A DNA stretch of 64,000 bases from Lama glama (Eukaryota), in NCBI GenBank assembly GCA_028534125.1, contig CM052816.1:48796001-48860000 (forward strand). The letters run 5' to 3'. Shown here piece after piece: positions 52,067 to 64,000 of the stretch. Within the stretch, counting starts at the first letter, position 1. Each line of letters opens with the position of its first letter. The position numbers and the translations under genes were made by a program. The notes beneath the pieces are model-generated. The model was not told where the DNA came from, searched no databases, and was given only the letters and a program-made list of their open reading frames with translations.

Positions 52067-52665
52067 AAATCATAATGCGTTTTCTTTCAAATATTTTTTG
52101 TTTTGAGTTATTATGTGATTGGGAAGAGGATGTCAAGATAGAGTGGTACTAAAATAAATATACATGAGTTACCATCTGGGATTCCTTTCCCTAGAGACCC
52201 AGGCAAAAATATATTTTGAATGACCAAGTGAAAAAAATCATGTCTCTTCAGCATTTCTAAATGTGCTTTAGTTTTCTTAGATTTTTATGATTTTACATCC
52301 ATGTGTGCTATCTTATCCTATGTGAACAAGCAAATGCCGGCCTCCTCACTGGATTCCCCACTAACCAACAGTCAGGCAATTTTAAATGCCTCCTCTTGTT
52401 ATACCCCTTTTCTTTCCTCTTTTTCTCTCCCTTCTTATATTCCGAATTGTTGCCCTCTCATTTATTTTCTGTATAATATAAATATAAAAATAGCAGCCCT
52501 GAGGTCAATTTACCCAAAGACTGGGTAAGATAAGGGCTAAGTCTTTTCTTTCAAGCATTTGTCCAAAAAAATCCAACCAAACAAACAAACAAAAAACTCT
52601 CCAGAACAAAGAAACATAGTACTTCTGGTAGTAAATTTATGAATGTTTCCACTATCCTGATTGAG

Positions 52666-52722
52666 AGGGATAAATAGATACCTGCATGGATAGATAGATA
52701 GATAGATCAGCACATATAGACA
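52666..52722. repeat. (GATA)n tetranucleotide repeat, degenerate flanks
   Basis: ggatagatagatagatagat core. Confidence 0.85.
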
Positions 52723-55239
52723 AATTGATGTAGAATGTTTTGTCTGACATTCTAGTGTTTGAAAACACTTCCTTGAGAACCATTATACCTATGAAATAAG
52801 TTTTACCTTCTTCTTTGCCTGTCTGTACACTACAAACCAAACATGTTCATAGCATGTGAGAATGGCTACTATTTTTATGTTTGAAATTAAATTGCCTTTG
52901 AAGTGTATCACATAAAAAATTAAACCTAATCCAATTATGGTTGACAGTTTTTCTGTTTCTACTTAGTCCAACTTGACATTTTTGGAGCATAGTGAAATCT
53001 TATGCAGAATTATCTGTGTACACCTCAATTATCTTTAGAAAAAAAGTTAGTTTGGTTATAAAAAGGCAATCTTTGAGTGTAAATGTTGACTTTAAATGGT
53101 AATTTACTTAGTATCAGAGAACTAATCTTATAGCTTAGAAATGAATTCCTGAGTGTTATTTTTTGGAATTATTTTATTTTTCCCTCTCATGTTGACATCA
53201 TGATAATATATAAAATCACATCTAGTAACAATGAGAATCTAAATTATATTCTTCCTTAAAGTAGTTAAATAAATTTCTGTCTTACTTAAATATGTTTAAA
53301 TAATTATTCATATTTTATTTTATAAAGAAAACTTTCCAGAGAATTTTAGCCCTAATCATGAAAGTTGATATAAATATTTTACACTGCCCAGTAGATTAAA
53401 AGAAAACTGGTAAGCAGGAAGAATAAATTTTGAGATGTATTTTCACAATACAGGTAAAAAGATAACATTTTTACTAGTTTTCAGAACACTTTGCTAATAG
53501 GTAATCTAAGCAAACAAAAATATATATAAAAATGAAAAGCTTTATAGTTAAATATGTTTATAAAAATAATACAGAGAAGCTAGAAACAACTTTAAAATTA
53601 GTAAAAAGTGAAACCATTTATTTTCCTTCTAAAAGAATTGTTAATGAAATAATCTATCATCAAACTCTTGTGTAAGAGAACGTAAGATAAACTGTTTTTG
53701 TTGCATTATACATTTGTCTTTTTCATTTCATATTCTTAAATTATTATTCAGAGCTTACACTGCTAAAATTATTGGGAAGGGAAACTCATTTAAAATATTT
53801 TTTAAATAATGTTGATCACTTTTAAAAACTAAAATACTTACAACAATATATTGCAATTGTAAAACATTTATAGGATACATTGCATGTAAAAGCAAAAAAA
53901 AAAATCTGTAATTTTGTTTAGCAGGCAATTTGAAATTGAATCACACATGTTAAACCAACAAATGCAACTGATGAGATGTACACTTATACTTTCTTCTAAA
54001 ACTCACACTTTTTATTTATTATAATCTTTATAGTAAATATACCTATAGTATATTGGTATATATGGTATATATATACTACTATAGTAAGTATAATAGCCCT
54101 TTATCTTTGGAGGGATAAATGAGATTGTCTTAAATAGCCCAATAAACTCTGTTTTACATGACAATGAGTGGCTGAAAATGAAGGTTTTGCATAAAACTTC
54201 TGGGAAAGGCTGCCCTTAAACTCAATTTCCCACAGAACCAAGGGTGTTTTATCCAAAATGGAAAGAAATCCAAATCCCTACAGAACTTCCATATATCCCA
54301 GGTGCTGGGCAGCTGTTTTTACACATAACTCTCTAAAATAGATGATATCTAAATGCAGACTTTTTAGCACCCTTAAACATGAGATTTTTACCCACTAATA
54401 AGGCCATTCTCGGGTTTATTCTCTTCATTAAAAGAAGAGTAAAAGACAGGTGGAGTCTCTGCAACACAACCATGCTACCATGATATACGCAGCATCCCAC
54501 AGCCCAAGCATAGAGGCTTGTCATGGATGCTGAGACACCTGGGAAACTTCCTTTTCCTCTTTGTGTGATTGTGTCATTCTCTCACCCATCTTGCCATAAC
54601 CTATACCCTGTAATTAATATTCTCAAGCTCTATTTTAAATTTATACATTTTTCTATTAAACTCTAATTGCTAATGTACCAAAAATTATAAAAGTGGTGAT
54701 TCATTTACTACTAGAGTAGTTAAATGAATACAAAATTAATGAATCGAGTCACATATGTATTTGTAAATGGAGGTGTATTTTAATAACATTGGACTTGTTT
54801 AATTCCTTTACTTTATGGTAAAAAATATTTGTCATCTCATTTTGAATTAACTGGAAACTTCTTTGATCAAACATAATATTTGGCTCTCTAAAAAATTCTG
54901 TGTAGTTTAATGAACTAGATTTGAATTATATATGTAAATTAATTTTTCTTTATTCAGTGAATATTCTTACTAAACTAGCATCCAGCTTCTTTTTAAAATT
55001 TAAACAGAAATGTTTTAAATTACATGTACATGAAAATTATTACAAATGAGTAGAAAGTGGATTCTATGACAATGGAGAACAATGCCTTGGGATCTAGCTA
55101 CTACTTTGCATCTTTAGTCTTTTAAATATATAGTATCTGGAATGTATATTGATAATAACCATTACAGTAATAATAAGGAACAATATTCATCACAACCTTC
55201 ATATCAGATTATATATCAAACATTTGAAAGCAAGGATAG

Positions 55240-56454
55240 TTCAAGTGTTCAGTTTCTTCTTGATTCAGTTTTGGTGGACAGTATGTTTCCAGAAACTTGT
55301 CCACTTGAACAATCCGATCACTAGAAAGGAAATAGAAATAGCAATTAAAAACCTCCCTACAAATAAAAGTCCAGGACCNNNNNNNNNNNNNNNNNNNNNN
55401 NNNNNNNNNNNNNNNNNNNNNNNNNNNNNNNNNNNNNNNNNNNNNNNNNNNNNNNNNNNNNNNNNNNNNNNNNNNNNNNNNNNNNNNNNNNNNNNNNNNN
55501 NNNNNNNNNNNNNNNNNNNNNNNNNNNNNNNNNNNNNNNNNNNNNNNNNNNNNNNNNNNNNNNNNNNNNNNNNNNNNNNNNNNNNNNNNNNNNNNNNNNN
55601 NNNNNNNNNNNNNNNNNNNNNNNNNNNNNNNNNNNNNNNNNNNNNNNNNNNNNNNNNNNNNNNNNNNNNNNNNNNNNNNNNNNNNNNNNNNNNNNNNNNN
55701 NNNNNNNNNNNNNNNNNNNNNNNNNNNNNNNNNNNNNNNNNNNNNNNNNNNNNNNNNNNNNNNNNNNNNNNNNNNNNNNNNNNNNNNNNNNNNNNNNNNN
55801 NNNNNNNNNNNNNNNNNNNNNNNNNNNNNNNNNNNNNNNNNNNNNNNNNNNNNNNNNNNNNNNNNNNNNNNNNNNNNNTTTACAATAGCCAAAACATGGA
55901 AACAACCTAAATGTCCATCAACAGGTGACTGGATAAAGAAGAGGTGGTATATTTATACAATGGAATACTACTCAGCCATAAAAACCGACAACATAATGCC
56001 ATTTGCAGCAACATGGATGCTCCTAGAGAATGTCATTCTAAGTGAAGTAAGCCAGAAAGAGAAAGAAAAATACCATAAATGATCGCTCATATGTGGAATC
56101 TAAAAAACAAAAACAAACAAACAAACAAAAACAAAGCATAAATACAGGACAGAAATAGACTCATGGACAGAGAATACAGACTTGTGGTTACCGGGGGTTG
56201 GGGGGGTAGAGGGTTGGAAGGGATAGACTGGGATTTCAAAATTGTAGAATAGATAAACAAGATTACACTGTATACCACAGGGAAATATACACAAATTGTT
56301 ATGATAAATCAGAGAAAAAAATGTGACAATGAGTGTGTATATGTCCATGAATGACTGAAAAATTGTGCTGAACACTGGAATTTGACACAACACTGTAAAA
56401 TGATTATGAATCAATAAAAAATGTAAAAAAAAAAGAAATTAAATAAAAAAAAAA
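55240..56454 (+). mobile_element. Young LINE-1 with short 5' inversion, poly(A) tail and perfect 14-bp TSD; contains the assembly gap
   Basis: gaaagcaaggatag at 55226-55239 and 56455-56468; inverted 55240-55303 encodes DKFLETYCPPKLNQEETEHLN and the sense part continues HLNNPITRKEIEIAIKNLPTNKSPG (L1 ORF2); aataaa and an A tail near 56413-56454. Confidence 0.97.
55379..55878. other. Assembly gap (500 N)
   Basis: Run of exactly 500 n. Confidence 1.
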
Positions 56455-58629
56455 GAAAGCAAGGATAGCACTATGGAAGTACTTATAGCACAATAATAAA
56501 AACATCAAGATGTAACAGGACTTTTATATAAAATATTTATTTCCACATCTATTTGGAGATATAAAAGCTAATTTACATTTTGAATATGAAAATTTCAAAA
56601 GGGAAAGAAAAATCAAAATTGAAATAAGACAAAACAAATAATTCAACAAAACCTCTTAGTGTACCAAACTGCTTTATATTTTTGCAGCCCTGGGAAATAA
56701 TAGTATCACAAAAGCACCAACTAAACAATGTTTCCCATTTGTACACACTACTTGTGAAATTATAGAAACTCTGGTTATTTACTTCTCTAAGTACCTGCAA
56801 ATGGAATCTGGGAACCTCAAGTAGTTTTGCACAGGTTCATGAAAATGCAAGCAAGGGCCCACACTTTCTGATTTTTCTGTTCTAGCTGGCCTGGACAGAG
56901 AATGTCAGGCCCTGAATTATTGTCATGTGCCCTCTACTTCTTGGCTGTATGTTCATCAATCATCTCATTGAAATTGAAAAAAATAAGCAAATGTTATGTT
57001 ATTTTTCTGTTTAGTTTAATACTAAGATTTAAGAAGCTCCTTAAGTGCAGGGGTCACGCCTTTTTCATTTTTGGATCGCTCTCTGACATTTTAACTTAAC
57101 CTAGTAGTACCCTTTACTTCTTTCATTTACAGAACGTTTGTATAGAGATTATTGAATTAAATGATAGGGAACTAGATATAAATACTGTATTTTATTAAAG
57201 TTCCCAATCACATAAAAAGATGAAAATGATTGGGAAGGGTAATTAATGGATAATCTAAAGACAATAAAATTTTGAGGTAAATAGGAAATCTTTGTCTCAA
57301 TGACAAATGAAAGCAAATGGAAAGGAAGTCAAATGGAAAGGGCAAAGCAGGAATACTGAAAAAACACAAAGCAGTAACACGTGATTCTGCAGTTAAACAT
57401 GCCTTTCACCATTATGTGATATCAGCTGTTGTCAAACAACTGGCATGTTTAGATAATTCTTTTAAAATTCATTTATCAATCACCAAAAATAAATGAATGG
57501 GTTGATGTAATTTGCATCTGTACCTGAAGTTTGTAGTGCAGTGTGCTATTGACCATCCTTCCTAATTCTGGAGGTACTGAGGCCTGATAACAGTAAAAGT
57601 AAATAGATGGAAATACAAGGAATGTAGCTTATTCAACCTGACAGAAAACCAGCTGGCTGTAACTTTTCTGTTCAGTACAATGCATTCATTGTCAAGAGAT
57701 GGAAAGCAATATGTAATTAAAACATCTGGAAATCATACCAATGTGAGGCACTGAAACTTTTATGAATCAGTCTCTTTCCTTTCTGCAGTGAACTTGAGTT
57801 GACTGAATTGTTTGTTTGTAATTGGAAAACGTGCCTACTTTGCTATCTTGTTTGTGCATTCTTTCCCTGAGGGTTTGACAAAAAGCAACATGAAAATTTA
57901 CAAGGAAATTACCTGAAATATTACTGAAAAGTGCACAGATAATTTGACTAGTTAGTGTTAACTGTGTATTATATAACTAAACGTGAACAGATTTATACCA
58001 GAACAGCCACAAAGTGGAGATAACAAATGGAGATACTAAGATAGTATTAAAAGGGGAAAAGTCATAAGTTGAGATGTTCTTGGGACCAAACTAATGCATA
58101 TTATAAATTGCATGTATTAGGGATTTTTCAAGACATGAAGTACTATTTCTATAAGTACTGATTCAGTATGAATTATGTGCTTTATAAGACTATGTACATT
58201 TGTATAACTATAAAACAGTGCTTGTTGTGTTTAACTGTTTATATTTACTGTCTCATTTGCACTCAATCCACTAAGAACAACCTTTTTTTAATAAAGAAAA
58301 TTTATTTTATTTGCATTTTATTGCTTTGGTTCTTTAAAAACTATAGCATTTCCTTTTTGGATCAAGATACATATCCAAAATATTTGTGCCACCCAGTGTC
58401 CTCTGCTAATCTATCAGAAAGCTAGGTGCTTGTGACTATAATGCATGTTTCTACTTTCCATAACATACCCCAGTGATTTCAGCTGGACTTTCCTGGTATC
58501 AGCTGAAATAGGGGATTTTCTGAAAATATAGGTGCCTGTGAGAAATTCTTCTGAAATATCAAATAAGTTCCCTTTCTGTCAGTGATTCTGGAGCAACTTC
58601 CACCTCCAGGTCAAATAAATAGAAGCAGA

Positions 58630-60420
58630 TCTGGTGATTTTTAGAGTGTTACATGTTGCCAAATTGCTCTTCAAAGTGCTTGTGACAGTTAGTGCCCCAT
58701 CCCACCGGCAGTGAAAGATTACTCACTGATATCTTTTGAAATGCATGGTAGTGTCAGCCTTTATGTTTTATTCTTCCTTAACTGATGAGCATGGTATGCT
58801 GTTGTACACTGTGCTGTTAACGTGTATTTTCCTAATTATATGTGAGAATGAGTGTCTTTTTTATTAATGTATTGACTCCAGTTTTCTTTTTCGTCTCCTA
58901 TTGTCTGTGGATATTTTTTACCCATTTTTCTTTTGCCTTTACCTTCACAATTTTGGTATTCTTAAGATGTATACGTTTGTATTTTTCTTATGTTTTTGCA
59001 AAACAAATACCTTCTTTCCATCAGTGGATTAATTATGGCTTCTTGTGGAACAAAATTTTGTTTTAATTTTTTTTCCAAATGTGCTTCCATATTTTTGTTC
59101 AGTTGTTCAATATTCATTTGTAGTTGCCTATGGATGTTATGGCTACTACAAATTGGATTTTTCTATTTAATTATTTTTAATAATTATATATTAATGTAAA
59201 GGAAAATGGCTATTTATAGTTCATTCATACTGGCTAAACTTTTTTCATGAGTTCTAATAGTTTTTTTAAATGTTATTTTTATTGAAGTGAGTTGATTTAA
59301 AATGTTAGTTTCAGGTGTACAACAAAGTGATTCAGTTATGCATATACATACATATACATAGTTTCTTTTCAGATTCTTTTTCATTATGTTACTACAAGAA
59401 ATCAAATATAGTTCCTTGTGCTATAGATCTATTTTATACATAGTTGTTCATCTATTTTATACATAGTAATGTGTCGTTTATCTATTTTATACACAATAAT
59501 GTGTATCTTTTAATCACAAACTCCTAATTTATCCCTTCCCCACCCTTTCCTCTTTGGTAACCATAGTTTGTTTTCTATGTCCATGAGTCTATTTTTGGTT
59601 TGTGAATAGAATCTGTACCCTTATTTTTAGATTCCACATATAAGTGATATCATATATTTGTCTTTCTCTGTCTGACTGACCTCACTTAATATGATAGTTT
59701 TTGTTTTAATTTTATGGAAACAAATAGTATTTCTTGCTCTTTTCCAATTTTATGTCTCTGATTTATTTTATTGCCTTGTTTAAATCTCTCCATATATATT
59801 GACAAATGAATGAAAGAGACCTTAGTGGATATGTCTGTCTTGGCCTATCACTTTAAAAGGATTGCTTTGCATATTTGACCACTGTTGTTGTTATTGTTAT
59901 TAAGCATGAATGAGTGTCATATTTCATATGCTTTTCTGTGTTTCTTTATGATAATCCATTTTCATCTTATCAGTCATTATGATAGTATATGTAAATATAA
60001 TTTCAGGAAATGAGCTATCTTTAATTCATGAAATAAACCTATTTAATCATAATCCATTCTAAAAAATAAAGCCAACTGATTAAACATGCTAAATTTTTAC
60101 TGAGGTTTTAACATTTACCTTAAAATTTTCAATCCTTTATTTTTTATTCCTACTTGCCTTCATTATCATGATTACATTATTTTCACAAAATAAATTAGAG
60201 AATGTTAATTTTATCTTCATATATATTATCTCTTCCTTGAGAGTTCGGTAAAATTTATGTATAAATTTATTTGGATTTGACAATGTATTAAGACAGCAAG
60301 AAGACATTATTTTATTATATATTTAATTTCCTAATGATTATTGGATATTTAGGTTCTTAATATTTAAGGAGTAAATTTTTAATCTTTGCATTTTTGAGAA
60401 AATAATCAAATTCATATAAG
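58630..60420 (-). mobile_element. Ancient LINE-1 (L1ME-type) ORF2 remnant, interrupted by a younger L1
   Basis: ttgccaaattgctcttcaaagtgcttgtgacagtt...cccaccggcagtg and ctaaacttttttcatgagttctaatagtttt...tcttttccaattttatgtc are antisense L1 ORF2 motifs in colinear order. Confidence 0.7.
59266..59693 (-). mobile_element. Short lineage-specific LINE-1 3' UTR insertion nested in the older L1, 9-bp TSD
   Basis: tttattgaagtgagttgatt...tagattccacatataagtgatatcata closely matches 19545-19925; atagttttt at 59257-59265 and 59694-59702. Confidence 0.92.
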
Positions 60421-60429
60421 ATTACATAT

Positions 60430-60593
60430 GAAAACTTATGGAAAATCACATGGGAGTTTTATTCCTTATTTTCAAGAGTAAAAAGGAGTTAGAATGCCCC
60501 TCTTGAATCTGGTGCTTTTCAAGTGCCTTTAACTCAAAAGAACTCTTATGCCAAAGTAGCATATTTTAAGGTGGCATATTCTGCCGTCCTTCT
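60430..60593 (-). mobile_element. 5' end of a MER34/MER39-like ERV1 LTR
   Basis: Reverse complement reads gaaggacggcagaatatgccaccttaaaatatgctactttggcataagagttcttttgagttaaaggca, a typical MER34-family LTR start. Confidence 0.75.
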
Positions 60594-62734
60594 CTTTCTA
60601 TCTATCTAGCTAGATACCTTTTACTTAAAACTATCTATGTCTTTATCTTAATATTTAAAATTTTATTATGCAGTTTCTCTATTTTTCTAAAGCTTATCAA
60701 CTGTATTCAGGTTTCTTGTATTACTGAGAGTGTTTAGAGGTTTGTGCTCAACTTTTCTGCTTTGTACTTTTTTCTACCTATGTTCTTGAATTATATATGA
60801 ATTGGTTAACAGTAGGATGGAGCCCTTACTATAATGCTGATGATTTTGTGTCTTCAATTACATGGCCAGCAGTTAGAAGAGCAAGAAAACAAATGCTTGG
60901 TCTTTGTATTTCCATATTCTTGACTCAAAGTATCCTATGAAGTCCAGTCAAATGAAAGATGATGGTATACATTTTATCCTACTTTTACAAATGAATAAGA
61001 CCCATCCTCATCCCTGGTGTTAGACAGCAATACTGGCCCTGTGACTCCACTACATTGCAGAGAACAATTCGTGGTTGTCACTGTTTACTTTAGGATCTGA
61101 AGCTGCATCCACTGTTTCAACCACCCTCACACTTTGCATTTTTCCTTTTGTGATCTTGGAGCTTGAGTTTTTCCCTGTCTACTTCTCTTTGTTTAATTTT
61201 CTCACTTTGTGCTTCAGCTATCATTGCTATGTCTTGAGATCAGAGCGCATGTGTCAAAAAAAACCTAAATGGCTGTGTTATCTTAAATGGAAATCTCTTA
61301 AAAATTTTATAACAATTGCAATTATTTTTGTGAACCCCTAACTGTTCTCAGGCAAGAGTTGTAAACTTCTTAAAGTAGAAGAAATTAATATGTTTTCCTA
61401 CATCACTACACTATTTTACTTTCCAATACATCTGTAAAGAAAAATATTCAGGTAGTAAAAATTAATTATGGCAATTAAAGCCAAGTATACCAAATACCAG
61501 AGATTTTGGAAGAAAGAATTTTTGTACAAATCATCAGGCTTACATTTCAGATAAAATCATTATTTCGGTGGTCTATATGAGCATAGTAGAGCTATAAATG
61601 CATAGTAAAATTACAAATGGCTCTGATTTTAGTTTTTAGCATTTCTATTAAAGCACCACCATTTTTCACAGATATTTAGTTATGCACAATTTGGCAATGT
61701 TTACTTCTACAAAATCAACAAATCGAAGCCTCTTGCTCAAAAATATCTAACATGACAACTTACCATAATGTCTAGAATTTTAATATTCAATGTTGATTTG
61801 TTTACATTAAGGCATTATTTTCTATAAAAATGCAAATACTCCTGAAGCTTATACTTAATTTGTGTGGTATCTGGTTGTCACACAGGACTCAAAGGAAATT
61901 TAAGATTCTACAGAGAGATTTGGTGTGGGAAGGAATGTGCTGAAAGGAAATAGGAGGGTACAAGAAAGCAAATATTACAGGATAAGTATAGGATGGATCA
62001 CATCTCAAATTTTAGAAGTATCCATGAAACATTAGTCAGTGGAATTAGATATTGCTCTCCAAAAATGCCAAAACTTTAAATTTGTACTATATGTTGGGAA
62101 ATTTGAAAGATCACTTAATATATTATTATTTCTGTGACCACAAAAGGAAAGTCTTTGTTCAACCACAGTAAAAAGAAGACAAGAAAAATGCAATTTAGAC
62201 ATGATTAAGGGGCCTAAGTCAAATATAAAATTAATTTTAAAAATTAAAAGTTACCTGAAACTAGGTATAGAGATAGAGTAAGGACTTTGTATGTGAGTGG
62301 GTCGATCTTAGAGCAGATTCAGATAAAAGAAATAGAAAAAGGCGATTCTGAAGATGTTGCTTTGAGAGGTAAAATTAACCTTCATTAATGTGCTTTGAGA
62401 AAAGTAAATAAAGATTGGATCCCATTTCAATTAGTATTTGATGTTAAATGATGCCTTCTTAAGTGCAACTCAGAGCGTAATTTGAACATCACGGGACCAT
62501 AGCTTATGTCTGGGCTACACCGCCAATTGCTTTAGTTAACATACAGTCAAGTGTAAAGTAAACTGAATTTGAAAGTTAAGCAAGAGTTTTTTTCTTCATG
62601 CTCATTTATTTTACTCACAGCCGTGAATAGTCACATACAGACATATAAGGGCTTTGTTGTAGGAATTGGGATGTGTGTTTTGAATTTTACTTGTTGTTAA
62701 AGAAATATAGTTCAAATGTAAAAGATTTGTGTCT

Positions 62735-62830
62735 CCTCTAGGAAATATACCTATCTAATAACTTTTCCACGTCACCATCTTGAGATAATGAGATTCAGAA
62801 CAGTAAGTTGATTTAAAAAGTATCATCAGA
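62735..62830 (-). mobile_element. MIR core fragment
   Basis: caccatcttgagataatgagattcagaacagtaagttgattt. Confidence 0.4.
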
Positions 62831-64000
62831 TTTATTTGGAAAAACACACAAAAGCATATAATTGTGTTGAGATTTTATGAGAAATATCTGAAAAGTTAGC
62901 ACATGAATGACTCTCTGTCTCCTACTTTTAAGGATAAAAAAGCCCTGGCCTTCTTTGCATTGTGAGAATTACAAATATTAGGCCAAATGAGGAGGAGCTT
63001 ATATTTGAACATGGATATCAAAGTTGGCCATTGTAGGTGTATATCCTTAAATCCCCCACTTTACTAACCTGGACTACTCTCAAAATAGTCTAGCTCCTAA
63101 TATGGTCTTCTATACTCTGAACCAAAATAGTTAATTGTGAATTGTAATGTTTTCCTAATGAATCAAATACCCTAATTTTGTATTTTCAGAATTGATACAA
63201 ACCTGAATTCTTATGTATCTGGTTACTTACAATATAACATTTGGCAGCAATTTTTCAGTGAGTGGACATAAGCAAAATATTCCTCTATTTATATCACAAA
63301 GCCCTAAAATCAATGTGATGCAAATATGTTTGAGTAACATATGTTAAATTTTTAATAAAATGAAACATATTTTACACTTACTATTTAAGGTGTTTGTCCC
63401 AAATTTGTTTATAAAGCTCTGAACTTGCTATAATTTTATGTTACATTATATAAATATTAAAGCATTTCCATTTTATAAGGAAATTTATTACTTAACTTAG
63501 TATAGGATATTAGAAATTCATTTTGTAATTTGTTGGTTTGATGATTTTAAAAGTGCTTTAGAGTGTGCCATTTTCTAAGACAATTTATGCTTAACTCCTT
63601 ATTGTAGGATTCAATCTATTACTTAAGAGTTTTTTTTCCCCACATATATAAGACTAACTATAAAATTCATATTGCTGTATTGAATAAGAATTGCCTGCTG
63701 TGGTGACTTCCATAACACTTCAAAGAAATGTACATGTATAATGTTGGTCCTTTGTTCTTATCATTGACTGAGGCCAGGTTTGTCATATAAAATCTTAAGC
63801 AACAATATAAAAAGATAATCTTCTATGTTCCATAGTTCCAAATCTATTTCTCCAAAAAGATTTAAAGTCTACAAAAGAGTAAAAATACCACCTAAGTCAA
63901 CATTTTTTCCTGAGTTGATTCTTCCTTCATGAAATTGAGTTAATAATAAACGTAAAACATCTTTAAAGTAAATCTGTATTTTATATCCTAAGAATTTATT

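Noticed and set aside
55149..55910. Long ORFs of 253, 227 and 182 aa
   Set aside because: They are artefacts of reading through the 500-N gap; the real residues are L1 ORF2 fragments.
58476..58509. 10-bp inverted repeat atttcagctg / cagctgaaat
   Set aside because: The stem is short and partly explained by the palindromic CAGCTG; it is too short for a pre-miRNA and expected occasionally by chance.
1..64000. tRNA/rRNA/snRNA genes, NUMTs, non-retroviral endogenous viral elements, processed pseudogenes
   Set aside because: I recognised none by eye; diverged copies cannot be excluded without tBLASTn/Infernal searches.

Overview
This window is AT-rich, CpG-depleted, non-coding mammalian (eutherian) genomic DNA, roughly one-third GC by eye. 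It is not prokaryotic, so there are no operons or CRISPR arrays, and I can support no protein-coding exon or RNA gene. Nearly all ORFs in the track are short chance ORFs or pieces of LINE-1. The window is a layered record of transposable elements. Ancient ones include MIR, L2, L1ME/MB/MC-MD, hAT DNA transposons (MER53, MER94, MER58, Charlie1) and ERVL/MaLR/ERV1 solo LTRs. Five younger lineage-specific LINE-1 insertions overlie them, two with twin-priming 5' inversions. I saw no Alu, B1/B2, Bov-tA, PRE-1 or Can-SINE; together with the style of the young L1 3' UTRs this suggests a laurasiatherian, tentatively a camelid-like artiodactyl (inference). One 500-N assembly gap sits inside the youngest L1. 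I did not find a convincing new biological system. The best-supported oddities are a fold-back templated insertion copied from a MIR 2.3 kb away, a tail-only poly(A) retro-insertion with a perfect 17-bp TSD, and an inverted young L1 whose gap is probably under-sized. More speculative candidates are a GC-rich CCAAT/5'-splice-site island, two recursive-splice-site-like motifs and a candidate 15-nt microexon. Repeat subfamily names are from recognition, not a database search, and boundaries of old elements are approximate.
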